The notes below the pieces were generated by a model, which saw only the letters and a list, made by a program, of their open reading frames with translations, was not told the DNA's origin and ran no database searches. From assembly GCA_964106915.2 (NCBI GenBank), contig OZ066916.1: a stretch of 64,000 nt of DNA. One strand, given 5' to 3'. Below are positions 36,780 through 50,202 of this stretch, piece after piece (positions within the stretch are counted from its first letter, which is position 1; every line of letters starts with the position of its first letter). This stretch comes from Podarcis gaigeae. Lineage: Eukaryota. Position numbers and translations under genes: made by a program.

Positions 36780-38199
36780 GGCATGCATATTTGTGGTATG
36801 ACAAGGCCAAAGTGCACAAACTGTTTAAAAACCATATTGTCAGAAGAGCAATTTGGAGGGTCTGGATAAAATACAAAGACTTATTGGAGAGTAAAACTCC
36901 GAGGTGGCTCTCACCGGTGGAGGCCAAGGCACGTAAGAGACCCAACATGGAGGCCCACTGGCCTAAATATTGGGAAATAATTGAAAAAACTGGAGACAAT
37001 TGGAGGTTGCTAAGTTTGGAGAAATTGAAAACTAAGGTACGAGATTGGTTGCACTATGCGCAAATTCAAGAGGTATTTAAAATAGATAAAAAAGTTGGAT
37101 TCCAGGTGGAAAAATCGAAACTAGAGACTGAATTGTTAGAGCCAAAAAGTAAACTACTTTCGAGAATGTATAACTTGCTGCTTAAGTGGAATACACAGGA
37201 TGAGACAGTCAAATCCGCTATGATAAAATGGGCTCAGGATGTGGGGCATAACATTATGTTTGCAGACTGGGAAAGGTTATGGAACACCGGTTTGAAATTC
37301 ACGGCATGTAGTGCCTTGAAGGAAAACATTATGAAAATGATATACCGGTGGTACATGACCCCAGTCAAGCTTGCTAAGATATATCACCTGTCTGATAATA
37401 AATGTTGGAAATGTGGAGAGGCGGAAGGGACATTCTTTCATCTCTGGTGGACCTGCCCGAAAGTGAAGGCCTTCTGGGAAATGATCCATAATGAACTAAA
37501 AAAGGTATTGAGATTTACCTTACCTAAAAAACCAGAGGCCTTCCTTCTGGGCATGGTGGACCAGAGAGTGCTTAAGAAGGACAGAACCTTTTTTATGTAT
37601 GCTACCACAGCAGCAAGGATCCTGATTGCAAAATATTGGAAGACACAAGATTTACCCACGCTGGAGGAATGGCAATCGCAGTTGATGGACTATATGGAAC
37701 TGGCTGAAATGACTGGCAGAATCCGAGACGCGGGAGAAGAAACAACTGAGGAGGATTGGGAAAAGTTTAAGGACTATTTGAAAAAACACTATAAGCTGTA
37801 TGAATGTTTAAAAAAAAATGCACCTTTCAGGAAATTCTAGCTTCAGCAAATGTAAGTTATTGGAATGAAAATTAAGACACAAGAACTCAGAGGTAAAATA
37901 ATGAAATAACTTTATTGTGTTTAATATAAAACATATAAGAATTGAGCGACAGTAAAATTGAAAATAGGGAACATGATAAAATGGAAGTTACAATAAGTTT
38001 TGAAATAAGTTAACAAATTGCTGATGCTTTATAAGACAGAGAACGCAGGGTTCGGAGGATGTGGGGAAGTCCTATAGGTTAGATGGGAAAAGAATATGGA
38101 AATTTGTTATTTATATCTCTCTTTCTTATAACCACTCTTTATTCTTTTTTCTGTATTTCTGTACTTTTAAAAAAGCAATAAAAAAATGAAAAAAAAAAA
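36780..38199 (+). mobile_element. 5'-truncated L1 LINE: ORF2 C-terminus (349-aa open frame with CCHC knuckle), 3'UTR and poly(A)
   Basis: CWKCGEAEGTFFHLWWTC knuckle; AATAAA 38177 followed by an A-tail; 18-bp TSD AAGAAATCTAGAATTTTA at 36762-36779 and 38200-38217. Confidence 0.95.
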
Positions 38200-38499
38200 A
38201 AGAAATCTAGAATTTTAATGCCGGTGTTTCCTGCTTGGAAACCAAAGGCAGCGGCAAAGTCCCGACTTTTCCTAACTTGGGTATCATTTTGCATTGAAAA
38301 TATTTTGCGTATTTATTTGAACATTTTAAGAAACTCCCGGCAGTACAGCCCGTTATCCCTATATTGCTACAGCGAGCTGGAGGCGGCAGTGAGTGGAAGA
38401 GCGTGGCTTGGGGGGGTTAAAAAGAAAACAATATTAGCAATTACATATAAAAGCTCTTTATATATGTGTGTGAGAGAGATCTATAGCTATATACAAATC

Positions 38500-39100
38500 A
38501 CAAATTAACAGCGCGTACGTATGATACTGTAGTGCAGAGTAACGTGCTATATACGTGAAAGTATCCACTATGAACTCATGTAACGTTTCAAACCGGGGCA
38601 GGCTGCGCGCGCACGCGATACCCTCCTCCTGCATACATTCCCTTGGCTTCCGGCGGAAGTAACGACACATCCTGCGCTCCAACCATAGAGCGGCTAGTCC
38701 GCTCTAGCCTTCCGAAGGTTGCTCTCTCTGGTATGCTGGGAGGCTTGGCGGGGCGGGCTTGAGCGCTTGCCGAGACGGATTCCTTTTGGATACCATGGCG
38801 CCTCCGAAAGGTGAGTGAGAAGCAGCCTGCCGCCGCCGCCGCCGGTTTCCCCGTTATGCGTAAATGGAACAGTCCGTTCTACTGAGGCAAATAGCCAGGC
38901 GTCGTCCATTACTTGGAAGGCCGGGGGGGGGGTGTGAAGTGGGGGCGGGGGCAGTTTGGAGACCTTCTGCCTGAAAAGGCGAGCGCGGAGGTGGCTGGCT
39001 CCGGGGGCAACAAAACCGGCCCGGCTGCCTGGCAGCTCTGTTGGGAAGCGGCTGTCGCTCAGCGTCTCTCTCTGCTCTTGTGTCAAGCAGGCGAAATAGT
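38500..39100 (+). promoter_or_regulatory. SLC35A1 CpG island promoter
   Basis: NRF1-like TGCGCGCGCACGCG at 38604, inverted ETS/GABP pair CTTCCGGCGGAAG 38647-38659, GC box 38751. Confidence 0.75.
38795..38810 (+). CDS. SLC35A1: CMP-sialic acid transporter exon 1 (MAPPK)
   Basis: Strong Kozak ACCATGG in a CpG island, donor GTGAGT 38811, phase 1 matches exon 2. Confidence 0.88.
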
Positions 39101-39492
39101 AGAAGGTCCCTCGATGGAAGATAATGCTCCCTCCCCTTCCTGCCCCTCTTTAAAGACATGGCAGGTCGGGGTCTCGCCAGGATTTGGGGAGGGGGGGCTG
39201 AACCCAAAATGTTAATTAGAACGAGTTCCCGCTCCCCATTCCCTCTCCTTCAGGTTGCTTAGGCGAAAGAATAGCCCCCCTTGAACCTCCCTTCGAGCAT
39301 GGAAATAATTGCTGACTTTGTCTGTGAACAAAGACTTGGAAAGCTTTAAGCAGCCGCGTCTGGCATCATCCTCTCCTGCAAACGGTGTACGATGATGCTC
39401 TTGTGTCACTCACTTGGCAACGTATGGTAATGGCTGTTCTTGTGCAATGACCCTGGTCCAGAAGGCAAGCTCTTCCTCTAGATCCATGTGTA

Positions 39493-39734
39493 CAGTGGTA
39501 CCTCAGGTTACATACGCTTCAGGTTACATACGCTTCAGCTTACAGCCTCCGCTAACCCAGAAATAGTGCTTCAGGTTAAGAACTTTGCTTCAGGATGAGA
39601 ACAAAAATCGTGCTCCGGTGGCGCGGCAGCAGCAGGAGGCCCCATTAGCTAAAGTGGTGCGTCAGGTTAAGAACAGTTTCAGGTTAAGAACTGACTTCCA
39701 CAACGAATTAAGTACTTAACCCGAGGTACCACTG
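39493..39734 (+). mobile_element. Tigger-like MITE, copy 3
   Basis: TA TSDs; internal 16-bp tandem duplication CAGGTTACATACGCTT. Confidence 0.9.
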
Positions 39735-40193
39735 TATCTATTAATCGGTCTGAAATGCTAGGACAGATGTTTTCACATTAGAAAATAAATGCATCCAGGG
39801 ATACATGAAATTGTAATGCAAGAAGTGGCTTGCCTATTGTGGTGTTAGAAATGTGCTTTCTCCCGTTTCTGAAAAATTGGGCCGAATAGACTTATTTAGG
39901 CAAGCACTTTTGTGTGTGTGTTGTCATAAGGATGTTAGATGATCTCTGTTGGATCAGGCCAATGGACCATCTATTCCAACATCTTGTTCTCACAGAGGCC
40001 AACCAGATGCCTATGGAAAGCCTGCAGGTAGGACCCAAGGGCGACAGCACTCTACTCACGATTCCCAGTATGATATTCAGAGGAACAGTGCCTTCTACAG
40101 TGGAGGTACAATAGCTAATAGCCATTGATGGGTTTGTCCTCCATGAATTTGCCTGTTCTTTTTTTAAACAAAGCAATCTGAGATGGTGACCAT

Positions 40194-40392
40194 CGGGTTA
40201 CAGATGCTTCAGGTTACAGACTCTGCTAACCCAGAAATAGTACCTCAGGTTAAGAACTTTGCTTCAGGATGAGAACAGAAATCATGCTCTGGAGGTGCGG
40301 CAGCAGTGGGAGGCCCCATTAGCTAAAGGTACCTCAGGTTAAGAACAGTTTCTGGTTAAGAATGGATCTCCAGAATGAATTAAGTACCACTG
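40194..40392 (+). mobile_element. Tigger-like MITE, copy 4 (left TIR damaged), inside a CR1 fragment
   Basis: Internal sequence matches the family; flanked by minus-strand CR1 sequence. Confidence 0.85.
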
Positions 40393-41046
40393 TATATGTG
40401 CTGCCTGAAGAAGTGCTTTCTTTTGTCTGCCCCGAAGCTTCCAACATTCAGCTTCCTTGGATGGCCCTGGGTTTCTAGGATGAGAGAGGAATCTGCTTTC
40501 CCTACACAGTGATAATTGCATCTTTTGCAGATAATTCTGCTGTTTGCATTTAGCTTGATATACACCCGAATTAGGCTGAAGGAAATAGAGTTATATCTCT
40601 ACCAGGGTGTACTCAGTTTAAATTAATGCAACAGTGCATCTATAATTGTACCTTGCAGGGATGTTTACACAGGCAAGGTGATAGTATGAGTAACAGGATT
40701 TAGTAATTCCCAGTCATATCATAATGTGGTGTGATGATTCAGGCATTCACTGTTGAGTTAATAAAGAAATAAAAGTTTATACAGATAAAGATAAATTGTT
40801 TAATCAACAGTCTGATTCAACTGTAACTATGTTATTTTTGGTGGCCAGAGACTAGATGATGGCTGTTCTACTATACATCTCTCCTATGAAGAATCTGAAG
40901 TTCCTTGATTAGTAGCTTCTTATTTGCTGATCCTAAAATCAGCATGTGGAAATAATTTCATTTATTTCTGTTGGCCTTTGGTTTCAAGTAGAGTTATAGG
41001 TGCCATATGAGGTACCATTTTGAAAATAGCCTACATTTATCTAGAC

Positions 41047-41252
41047 CAGCGCTTTCCAAACTGTGTGTCGTGACATGTTAGTGTGTCAGCTGCAGTGTGT
41101 CAGTGTGTCACGCAAACACTCCCCACCCCTCTCTCAGGGCTGGAAAGGGGTGGATTTAACCTCCAGTTTGCTAATAAAACTGAATTACTGTGTCACAAAA
41201 TGATGCATATCTAAAAAGTGTGCCAACAACATGAAAAGTTTGGAAACCTCTG
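41047..41252. mobile_element. hAT MITE
   Basis: TIRs CAGCGCTTTCCAAACT and AGTTTGGAAACCTCTG; 8-bp TSD ATCTAGAC at 41039-41046 and 41253-41260. Confidence 0.88.
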
Positions 41253-41965
41253 ATCTAGACAGGCAGGAATAGGATAAAGCACTCTCCTGCACCAGTTTGA
41301 AGGACCTTTGAGCCCTGGCCCCACATTCGCTCTTCTGACGGGGTGAGCAGGACTACTTTGGCATGCTAATCAATGAATCAATCGGTTAATGCTTATCAAT
41401 TAAACAATTAATTAAATGTATATCCCTCGGTCCCAAAGGAGCCCAGGGCAAACACACTAGTGATAAACCAATACAGTTAAAAATAAAACAAAACATGTTT
41501 AAAACATCCCAAACCAATTAAAAACATCTGAAAGCAGTAACATACTCTCACAGCTAATAATTTCAGAGTTGCCACAAACAGTATCTTTTGGCCATCCTTG
41601 GTAAACAGGAACATTTTAAAGTTCCTCCTGAAACTTAATTGTGAAGGAGACAGATGTGCCTCACCAGGGAGGGTGTTCCACAAATGAGGAAACCACCACC
41701 AAGAAGGCCCTATCATAAGTCAGTGCCAACAAGGCATCCCCTAGTGGTGGCAACACCAACAAAGTCACCTGCAGGTTTTAGGGTGCAAATCCTTCTAATG
41801 GTTAACCGTAATGTTTCTGCAGCAGGCCTGCCATAGCTTTTTGAATATAGAATGCTCCTGTTTTAAAACCTGTTTTCTAAGAACCAAACAGCAAACATAA
41901 CTTCACTGTAGTTGTCAAGGTGGTTCACGTCTTGTGTCCAATAGAGCGATGCTTTTGTTTTTCAG

Positions 41966-42143
41966 AAAATGTCAGCTTGCTTTTTAAGTTGTACTGCTTG
42001 ACGGTGATGACCTTGGTGGCTGCAACGTATACAGTAGCTTTGCGGTACACGAGAACAACAGAAACAGTTTTATACTTTTCAACTACAGCTGTCTGTATTA
42101 CAGAAGTTATCAAGCTATTCCTAAGTTTGGGCATTTTAGCAAA
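41966..42143 (+). CDS. SLC35A1: SLC35A1 exon 2 (ENVSLLFKLYCL...STTAVCITEVIKLFLSLGILA)
   Basis: CAG/GTAAGT flanks, phase 1-2. Confidence 0.95.
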
Positions 42144-44650
42144 GTAAGTATAAATGTCGATGAGTAAATTGGAGTGGCGTATTTGCTCTTTTTTCTGATT
42201 CTTTTGTTTACTTGTTTTGTTTCTTGCTATGGTTCATGTGGACTGTGTTAGGCTTCTGTGAGCAGGTGGTATCAGAGGAGTCCTTCTCGAAAAGATTGGT
42301 TTTGAAACAAGTGAAAACATGCACATTTTTGTTTCCTAATCTCTCTTATGAATAGGTGTCACTGCCTTGAGTTCATTGCTTTGGATAAAGTTCAGAAGTC
42401 TGTGTAAATTAAATATGGATGCTTGGCTGGCAGGTTTCTGGGTTGGTGTAGGCAGGAGTCTTCAGAATCATTCAAGAAGAACTTGTATTCTCCCTAAGGC
42501 GGTATTTAAGGATTAGAAGCAATCCTCTGAACCATGTTGACCTGTCCTCCCTCAAATATGCCTATGATGTTCTAGAAGGATTCTCAATCAGAGGGCACTT
42601 ATGATTTCTTTTAGCCTACACAGAAACTATTCAAATGGCTTCTCCCCCATGCTGGTAACATGTGAATAATTGACTCTTTTTTGTCTTTTAATGGGACCCC
42701 AGGGCTGCTGCCTCATCTTGTGTAATGGTAGAGCTGGCCTTGAGCCTCATGGTGGGATGCTTGGGCACTTTCAGTAATAGTCACTGTTCTTGCCGCATCT
42801 TGTAACATTGTACAGTGGTGCAGCCTTGGCTAGGAATTTCTCTAGCCTCTCTGTCTCTCAGAGCCTCAATATTTCCCCAAATCTGTGAGTTTATAAAGGT
42901 TGTTTATGAAACTCTAGCTTATTCAGTAACATGCTCTGCAGCAAGGGGCCCTCCAGCTCCCATAATCCCTGGCCATTGGTCATTCTGGCAGAGGCTGATG
43001 GGAGTTGTAGTCCAGCAACAGCTGGAAGGTCACAGGTTATCCACTGCTAACTTAAATCACGGTTAAGTGTAGACTCCAAATTGCAATGTAGAACTTCTTT
43101 CCTGAAGTGGGTTTGCTAATCTTGGTCTCATTCTGTCATGGTGGGTGGGGCCACCCACCTGTCAATTACCTGATGTCACAATGATGGTGCTTTAAAGTGC
43201 CCGAGGCTTTGGCTTTTTGCAGGCATTGGGTGTGTGGGTGAATTGCCCGCAGGGAGCTCAGTAAAGCACAGCCTTATCCAACAAGTGAAGAGCGGTAGAG
43301 TCAAAATCTGATTTTTCTTTTGCCAGTGCACAATTGGGAACGCATGTTAAGGCTCCCAAATATGAATTGGCAGCTGTGCCTCTATCCGCTCCACACCTGA
43401 CAACACAGGTCATGTCAGGTATGAGGCAAGCAGGTGAGTGTGGTTTTGGCGAAAACTGCCTTTAAGGCCAAAATTGAATCCCTGGGAGGCAAAGTTTGGC
43501 CAATGACGTAGAAGTTGTCCACCACAGAATATGGGACAGAACCTGGGAGAGTTTAGTTCTGCAGGCTGATATAACCTCTGGTTTGTGCTAACCTTGGTTG
43601 AACTTTTTTTCTGAATTCAGCATTTGTCTTTTTGAATAAAAATCAGTTTGCCTTTTTGAATAAGCCAGCAGTCAGTCAGACTTAATCTCTTCTCCTGCAG
43701 TTGTCTTTGCCGCCCTCACCTCTACTTTCCAACAGATGTAATCTAATATGCGTAAATGTTTTATTCCCCTTCTCTTGCAGTTGTGTCCCATTCGCTTCCT
43801 TTGTAAAGTCAGCTGAGAAGCACACGTTAGAACGGTGGGGGCTGATATGAGGGAGTGTTTAATCCCGGGTGTTCTCTGTGTTCAGAGTGAAGCAATCTTC
43901 TCCTTAACACTGCTAGATCCCAGAGTTGAGTCTCAAGGGGCAAAAAGTAGGTCACCAGTTATGAGTATCTTTTCTGAGGCCTGGTTTCAGCTGCATAATC
44001 ACTTTAGTCACCCTGTAATTATGAGGGCCATATGAAAAAAAATGACATTTCATGCTGTGCTGACTCCAAATACATAATTACTATCCTATCAAATTCAGAA
44101 ATGACATAGATTCTTGAAATTGGGTCCCAGGAAAGCCCAACTTCCTTGGCAGGTATAATTTAAACAAGCAAGTCACAAGCAATGGCTTGGACTTTTAAAA
44201 TATAGAGATAGCACTGACAAGAAGAGGCTGTCCTCATTTTAGTCACAGGAGGTAGATTTAAGGGGAAACGGCTTTCTTGCTGTTTCACAATATATGGTGA
44301 CATGTCATACTGTACTGGATTTTGTGAGATTGTGTATTTTGCAATTTTCCTGTACATACGTGTATGTACAATGGCCGTGTACAGGCTCTTTTACTTTTGT
44401 TCTCCCAGATCTCTGGTTCTCATACAGGGGTAATTTCACATGCACAGGAGTAAAGACAGTGTTCCTCTGCCTCCCCGCCCTGCTTTTTTTTTTTTTGCAT
44501 ACACTACGAAATCACGGAGGCGGATAAAATGCATGTGCAAAGCTGTTCCTTTTTGCAGCAGGAACAGGACTGCTGACATCTCAGGTGGCTAAAATTAGGC
44601 CATCAAAGTGGTGTACTGTATAAGATAAAAATCCTGAGATTCACCTAATG

Positions 44651-44883
44651 TAGAGTTCCCATATGTCCGGAATTTCCCGGACAGAGCCAGTATTTGGGTC
44701 TCATAAACAGTGTCCAGGCGGAAATCACTTAAATGTCTGGGAAAATCCAGACGTAAGGCAGCCTATGTCAGAAGTATAGATTTTGACAAATTTCATTTAT
44801 AACAATAATAATAAATTTCATTTTTATAAAAAGCTCAATAACTTTGCCAAAAAAAGCTCACTTTTTGAAATATGGCAACCCTA
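44651..44883. mobile_element. hAT-Blackjack-like MITE
   Basis: TAGAGTTCCCATATGTCC ... ATATGGCAACCCTA; a related copy lies at about 60680-60841. Confidence 0.7.
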
Positions 44884-45402
44884 CCTGATGAGCCACAACA
44901 CAGGACAGCTGCACAGCTTCTGCTGTTTTTATGGTGCCTTGAAATGTAAAGGGTGATACATAAATTTAATTAATTAAGTACTTTAAAAATCTGCCTTACT
45001 GCAACATTTAGAGGAAGTTTTAAAACCAACCAACCCAACCGAATGTTGTCTTCATTTCAGCACTGCCAACTGGAATGTCTGGTTTGCATTCTGTCACCGT
45101 CACGGCGGTTACTGTCTTTGTTTGCCTTGCGGAAGGAGGAAGAATGTGGATCTTAAGCTTTCCAGGAGACGCAGCACGACTCTCCTTCCTCTAGTTGGCT
45201 TCTGCTTTTCTCTTTTTTTGGAGGGCCTCAAGATTGATACAGGATAGGAAGCGGGTGTTGTTGACAAGCTCAACCTGGCAGCTGAGAGGTTGTGGGGCTA
45301 GGCCTCTGTTGGGCTATTTCTGTTCTTGTTCTGCTGTACTATTGTCAAGCAGCTACAGTCATATTTGTGCTCAGAGCTGCTTCTTCTTTAAATGTTTTCC
45401 AG

Positions 45403-45562
45403 AGAGACTGGAAGCCCGGGTAGACTATTGACATCTTTAAAAGAAAATGTCTTGGGCAGCCCTAAAGAGCTACTCAAATTAAGCGTTCCATCTCTTGTCT
45501 ATGCCATCCAGAACAACATGGCCTTCCTGGCTCTTAGCAATTTGGATGCAGCCGTTTACCAG
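45403..45562 (+). CDS. SLC35A1: SLC35A1 exon 3 (ETGSPGR...VPSLVYAIQNNMAFLALSNLDAAVYQ)
   Basis: CAG/GT flanks, phase 2-0; nucleotide-sugar transporter motif. Confidence 0.95.
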
Positions 45563-46550
45563 GTAATGGTTGATGTTTGGAAGCTAGATGCAGACTCCCT
45601 AACCTTACCAGGCCACATTGGTCCTGCTTTGTAGCCACTGTGAGTGTACTTGCCTGCTTGGAATGAGCCCTGGAACTCTGACCACTCTTTGTGCTTGTCT
45701 GGGAGAGAGACATTTTAATGTGCCTGGAAACACACCTACAGTACAAAGGTGAAATTAACATTCCATCAATCAATCTTTATTGCAGTCATAGTCCAGGCAA
45801 TAGAAAGAAATTAACATTAGTTTCTATGCCCACTGGCATGTGGCCCCTGAAGCATTGTCCAGAGGGGGCTGTGGCCCTCAGGCTGGCAAATGTTCCCCAT
45901 CCCTGAGCTATGATGGATGAGCTCATGCAAGTGTGCCCATCAACTGGTGGCTGCAACATCAAGCAGCAGGTTGTGCGTGTGAAACAGCTATCACAAACAG
46001 AACACCCCAAACAGAACTCCAGCATTGTCTGATAGGAATTCAGGCGCAGTATCTTTTCAGTGGAAAATGGTTCACACTTTCAGCTGCAAGTCACGGAAGG
46101 GAAAAGTCATCCTGTGCGTGTAACTCTTTTCTGAGAGGAAGGGGACTGTTCACCAAGGAAGATCCTGCCATGAGCATAACATCCTTTACATGAACCAAGT
46201 AATGATGTTGGATGCAAACCAATATGCTTAGAACATGGGTGATACATTAGTATAATAAAATCATAGAATTGTAGAGTTGCAAGGGACCATCATCTAGTCC
46301 ACCACCCTCTACAATGCAGGAAACTCAACTAAAGATTCCAATCTCTGTTTAGAAACCTCAAAGGAAGGAGAGTCCACAACCTTTTACTGTCAGAAAGTTC
46401 TTCCTGATGTTTCATTGTATTACATTGTTGTTATAATGGTTGTGTTATATTGTTGTTATTAAATAAAGCAGGTTAGATATTAAACAAATTGTCTTTCTGC
46501 CCTTTTCCTAATAGCTAAATGAAACATGCCCTTTCTTTCCGGCTTCCTAG

Positions 46551-46703
46551 GTGACCTATCAGTTGAAGATCCCATGTACCGCTTTATGTACAGTCTTGAT
46601 GCTGAACCGCTCTCTCAGCAAACTGCAGTGGTTCTCAGTCTTTATGTTGTGTGGTGGAGTCACGCTTGTTCAGTGGAAGCCAGCTCAAGCCACAAAAGTC
46701 CAG
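46551..46703 (+). CDS. SLC35A1: SLC35A1 exon 4 ([13 protein letters not shown]...[11 protein letters not shown])
   Basis: TAG/GTAAAG flanks, phase 0-0. Confidence 0.95.
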
Positions 46704-47121
46704 GTAAAGTTGATCACTGGGAGCCTTTCTCCATACCCGCTTTATGAAATAAGTTGCTTGTGCATCAAGTTGCATAATCTTACCCTAAGGGCGTTGTGGA
46801 AGAGTATACTGCAGGGGTGGAGTAATTGCAGCCCTCCTGATGTTTCTCTACAGCAGCTTCCATCTTAATCAGGATGTCCTTTCCACACTGTAGGAATTGG
46901 GCCTTCTGTGTGTTGGCATCTGCCTTTCGGAAGCCCCTCCCTTTGAATATGAGGCACTGTCTCTGTTGCCTTTTTGGTGCCTACTGAAGGCCTTCAACAA
47001 GTTGAGACCTTTCCCAGTCCGCATCTGTATTGGAACCATTTTAAACAGATTTTGTTTTTTCGCTGTTTTAGCACTTGTTTGCCACCTTACGGTCCTCTGG
47101 GAGAAAGGGTAGTATATAAAT

Positions 47122-47122
47122 A

Positions 47123-47155
<33 letters not shown>
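47122..47155. repeat. (TAAG)n microsatellite, probable L2 tail
   Basis: Seen directly. Confidence 0.9.
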
Positions 47156-47481
47156 GAATGAACGAATGTCCTCATTGCATTTCAAGAATTAGCTAAGCTG
47201 TGGTATCCTGCAGCAGCTGGTTGAATAAGCAGGAAAGGAAAGGAAGGAGAAGCTCTGTTGAGAGATGATTTCCTGTGTTACATTGACTCTCACCCTCTTT
47301 TCCCCAGAGACAATTGAGCAGCCTGGGAGTCAAATTTTGTAGTGCTGCTTGCATAGCACTGGCAGATGTTGCCAGATGGCCTAAGTCATCTTTTGTTGTT
47401 GCAATAAATAACAATCTGGCTTGGCTTCCGAAAGTGACTGCAGTTATAAATAAACTTCCTCTGTTTATATTTGTTCTTTAG

Positions 47482-47548
47482 ATGGAGCAGAGCCCATTGA
47501 TAGGCTTCGGTGCGATAGCCATTGCTGTTTTATGTTCAGGATTTGCAG
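47482..47548 (+). CDS. SLC35A1: SLC35A1 exon 5 (MEQSPLIGFGAIAIAVLCSGFA)
   Basis: TAG/GTAAG flanks, phase 0-1. Confidence 0.93.
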
Positions 47549-47766
47549 GTAAGACCTTGTAGTTAAAGTTATCTTCAAGTAGCAGGCATTTATCTGTGAC
47601 TGTGGCTGCTCCGACAGTGAAGGCCCCCTCTTACTTTACCTTGCCAGCTTAAAAAACAGCATAGCACAGCTCCTTCCCATCCTTCTCAGGTAACATGGGA
47701 GAAGCTCTGGGAAGTGCCTTGGGTCACATCCACACCATACATTTAAAGCACTCTTATACCACTTTT

Positions 47767-48110
47767 GGGATGCTGGTGGCGCTGTGGTTTAAACCACTGA
47801 GCCTTGGGCTTGACAATCAGAAGGTCAGCAGTTTGAATCCCTATGACGGGGTGAGCTCCTGTTGTTTAGTCCCAGCTCCTGCCAACCTAGCAGTTTGAGA
47901 GCACATCAAAGTGCAAGTAGATAAATAGGTACCACTCTGGCGGGAAGGTGCACTGCTCTGGTTTTGCCAGAAGCGGGTTAGTCATGCTGGCCACGACCCG
48001 GAAAAACTGTCTGTGGACAAACATTGGCTCCCTTGGCCAGTAAAGTGGGATGAGCGCCACAACCCCAGTCATTTGTGACTGGACTTAACTGTCAGGGGTC
48101 CTTTACCTTT
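47767..48110 (+). mobile_element. Sauria SINE nested in an older MITE
   Basis: 12-bp TSD TTATACCACTTT at 47754-47765 and 48111-48122. Confidence 0.88.
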
Positions 48111-48272
48111 TTATACCACTTTAGCGGCCATTGCTTCCCCCAAAGAATCCTGAGGGCTGTCAGATGTTCATTGTGCAGCTACAATTCCCAGCGCCCTGAA
48201 CAAACCCAGTGCCCAGGAGCCTTGGGGGGAAACCAAAACTGTTAAGAGTGGTGTAAGAGTGCTTTAAGTGTA

Positions 48273-48472
48273 GAGTGGTACCTCGGGTTACATATGCTTC
48301 AGGTTACAGACTCCGCTAACCCAGAAGTAGTACCTCGGGTTAAGAACTTTGCTTCAGGATGAGAACAGGAATTGTGCTGCGGCGGCAGCAGGTGGCCCCA
48401 TTAGCTAAAGTGGTGCTTCAGGTTAAGAACACTTTCAGGTTAAGAACGGACCTCGGGAACGAGGTACCACTG
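48273..48472 (+). mobile_element. Tigger-like MITE, copy 5
   Basis: TA TSDs and TIRs. Confidence 0.9.
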
Positions 48473-48793
48473 TACATTGTAGATGTGACCTATGTCGTAA
48501 GCTCAGGTCTGCCCAACCTAGGTCTCTTTTGTAAGACAACTCCTATCATCTCTGAGCATCAGCTCTACCTGTTAGGGCTAATGGGACTCAGGTGACAACA
48601 CCTGTTGGAGGGCATCAGGTTGGGGAGGGCTGCTGTAGCTGTTCCCCACCTCAGCATCACCTCCCCCACAAACTTGTACGGTGGGAAGGTGGTGCAAGTT
48701 GACCCTGGGTTTCTTATCTCTGTGGTGTAAATTCCCTAAATCAAAATGTATGTACCGTACGTTGTTTCATCTCTCCCTTCCCTTCCCTTTCAG

Positions 48794-48970
48794 GGGTATA
48801 TTTTGAGAAAGTGCTAAAGAGTTCGGATACATCTTTATGGGTCAGGAACATTCAGCTGTACCTCTCTGGGATTGTAGTGACCTTGGTTGGTGTCTACATG
48901 TCTGATGGCGTTGATGTAATGGAAAAGGGCTTCTTTTATGGCTATACCCGTTATGTCTGGTTTGTCATCT
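48794..48970 (+). CDS. SLC35A1: SLC35A1 exon 6 (GVYFEKVLKSSDTSLWVRNIQ...YVWFVI)
   Basis: CAG/GTAAGT flanks, phase 1-1. Confidence 0.95.
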
Positions 48971-50202
48971 GTAAGTATCCGATTGCCTTTTATCTTCAGT
49001 TCTACTTTTTTCTTCTTCAAGCTGTGGCCAGAGGTGTAGGAGATCAGCTTGGGGAACATATGGGGCAGAGACATCACTGAGCAGCAAATTAAATTCACAG
49101 TGGTCTACCGTCGTGCAGGAAATAATTCGGAAGCATGCACTTTCCAGGGGAGTCTGAATATTGGCAAGAACTTAAGAATCATGGGGTGACTATCAGCTAG
49201 ACTGCCTGAAAGGGATTAGGGATACAGGAAGACACAGGCCTTATTTCCTGGGTTACAGAGAAATAAGTATTTAAGGTTAAGACTAACTGCTGTACTGGCT
49301 TTCCAAAGGGACTTTGGGTAGCATAAGAAATGCAGGTAGGGCAGGTTAGTCACACTGGTTCCATTCAGAGAATAAGCCAAGATGTAAACCAGCCTTTTTC
49401 CTTGATATGCAGACCCCTTACCTGTCCAGAAATCAAACCAGGACATTGCTAACTATCATTTCCTATTTTGTCTGAAGTCCAAAACTTGAATTACAAGCTT
49501 CAGAACAAGCCAGGATCCTAAACCAACTCCAAACCATGGTTCTGAAGCACTGTTTCCCAGTTTGGGCATGGGGAACTATGATTAATTGGACACTTCCTGG
49601 TTTGATTGGCTGTGCCATGTGCAAGTGTCAGTGTGTATAGGAAAAAAGGCTTGTTTGGATCTTACTATAGACTTTGATTTTGCCCATCCTTGCTTCCTGC
49701 TGTCGTATGTTGCTGAATCAGCTGTTCATGTTCCCATATTGAACAGACGGGAATTAAAAGTTCTCTTAACGGCCTGTACTCGAGACTAGCACCAGCAAAT
49801 ATGGGCTCTAGATGTGCTGTGTTGAATCTTGCTGGGTGATGTCCAAGGATAGCCATACTCAAGAGCAGACCCATTTAAATCCATTGACTTAGTTACTTAG
49901 GTATTGCCCAATGACATTTAGGTCAGTCTTGTAGGAATGTAAACAGCATTGCTGGTGCAAGCTAATAGGTATAGACTAATACCAGGTTTGGTGTACCATG
50001 GGACAAGGGTATGCCATACTGGAACACGAAATTTAATCCCCTCATGAGGTTGTGATACATGTCCCAAATGGACAGTATCTTCCATCCTTCAAAGGTTTTG
50101 CTATAAAAGGTATTTTCTTATTCGTTTCTTTGAACCCATGTGGTAAATAAGAAAAAGATGCCAGACACTTCATTAACAGGGATATCTCCGTTTGCTGTCT
50201 AG

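Noticed and set aside
36791-37840. 349-aa ORF as a host gene
   Set aside because: It is the ORF2 C-terminus of a TSD-flanked, truncated L1 and has no ATG start of its own
38694-39215. Overlapping ORFs of 100-130 aa
   Set aside because: Expected stop-codon depletion in a CpG island; no known motif
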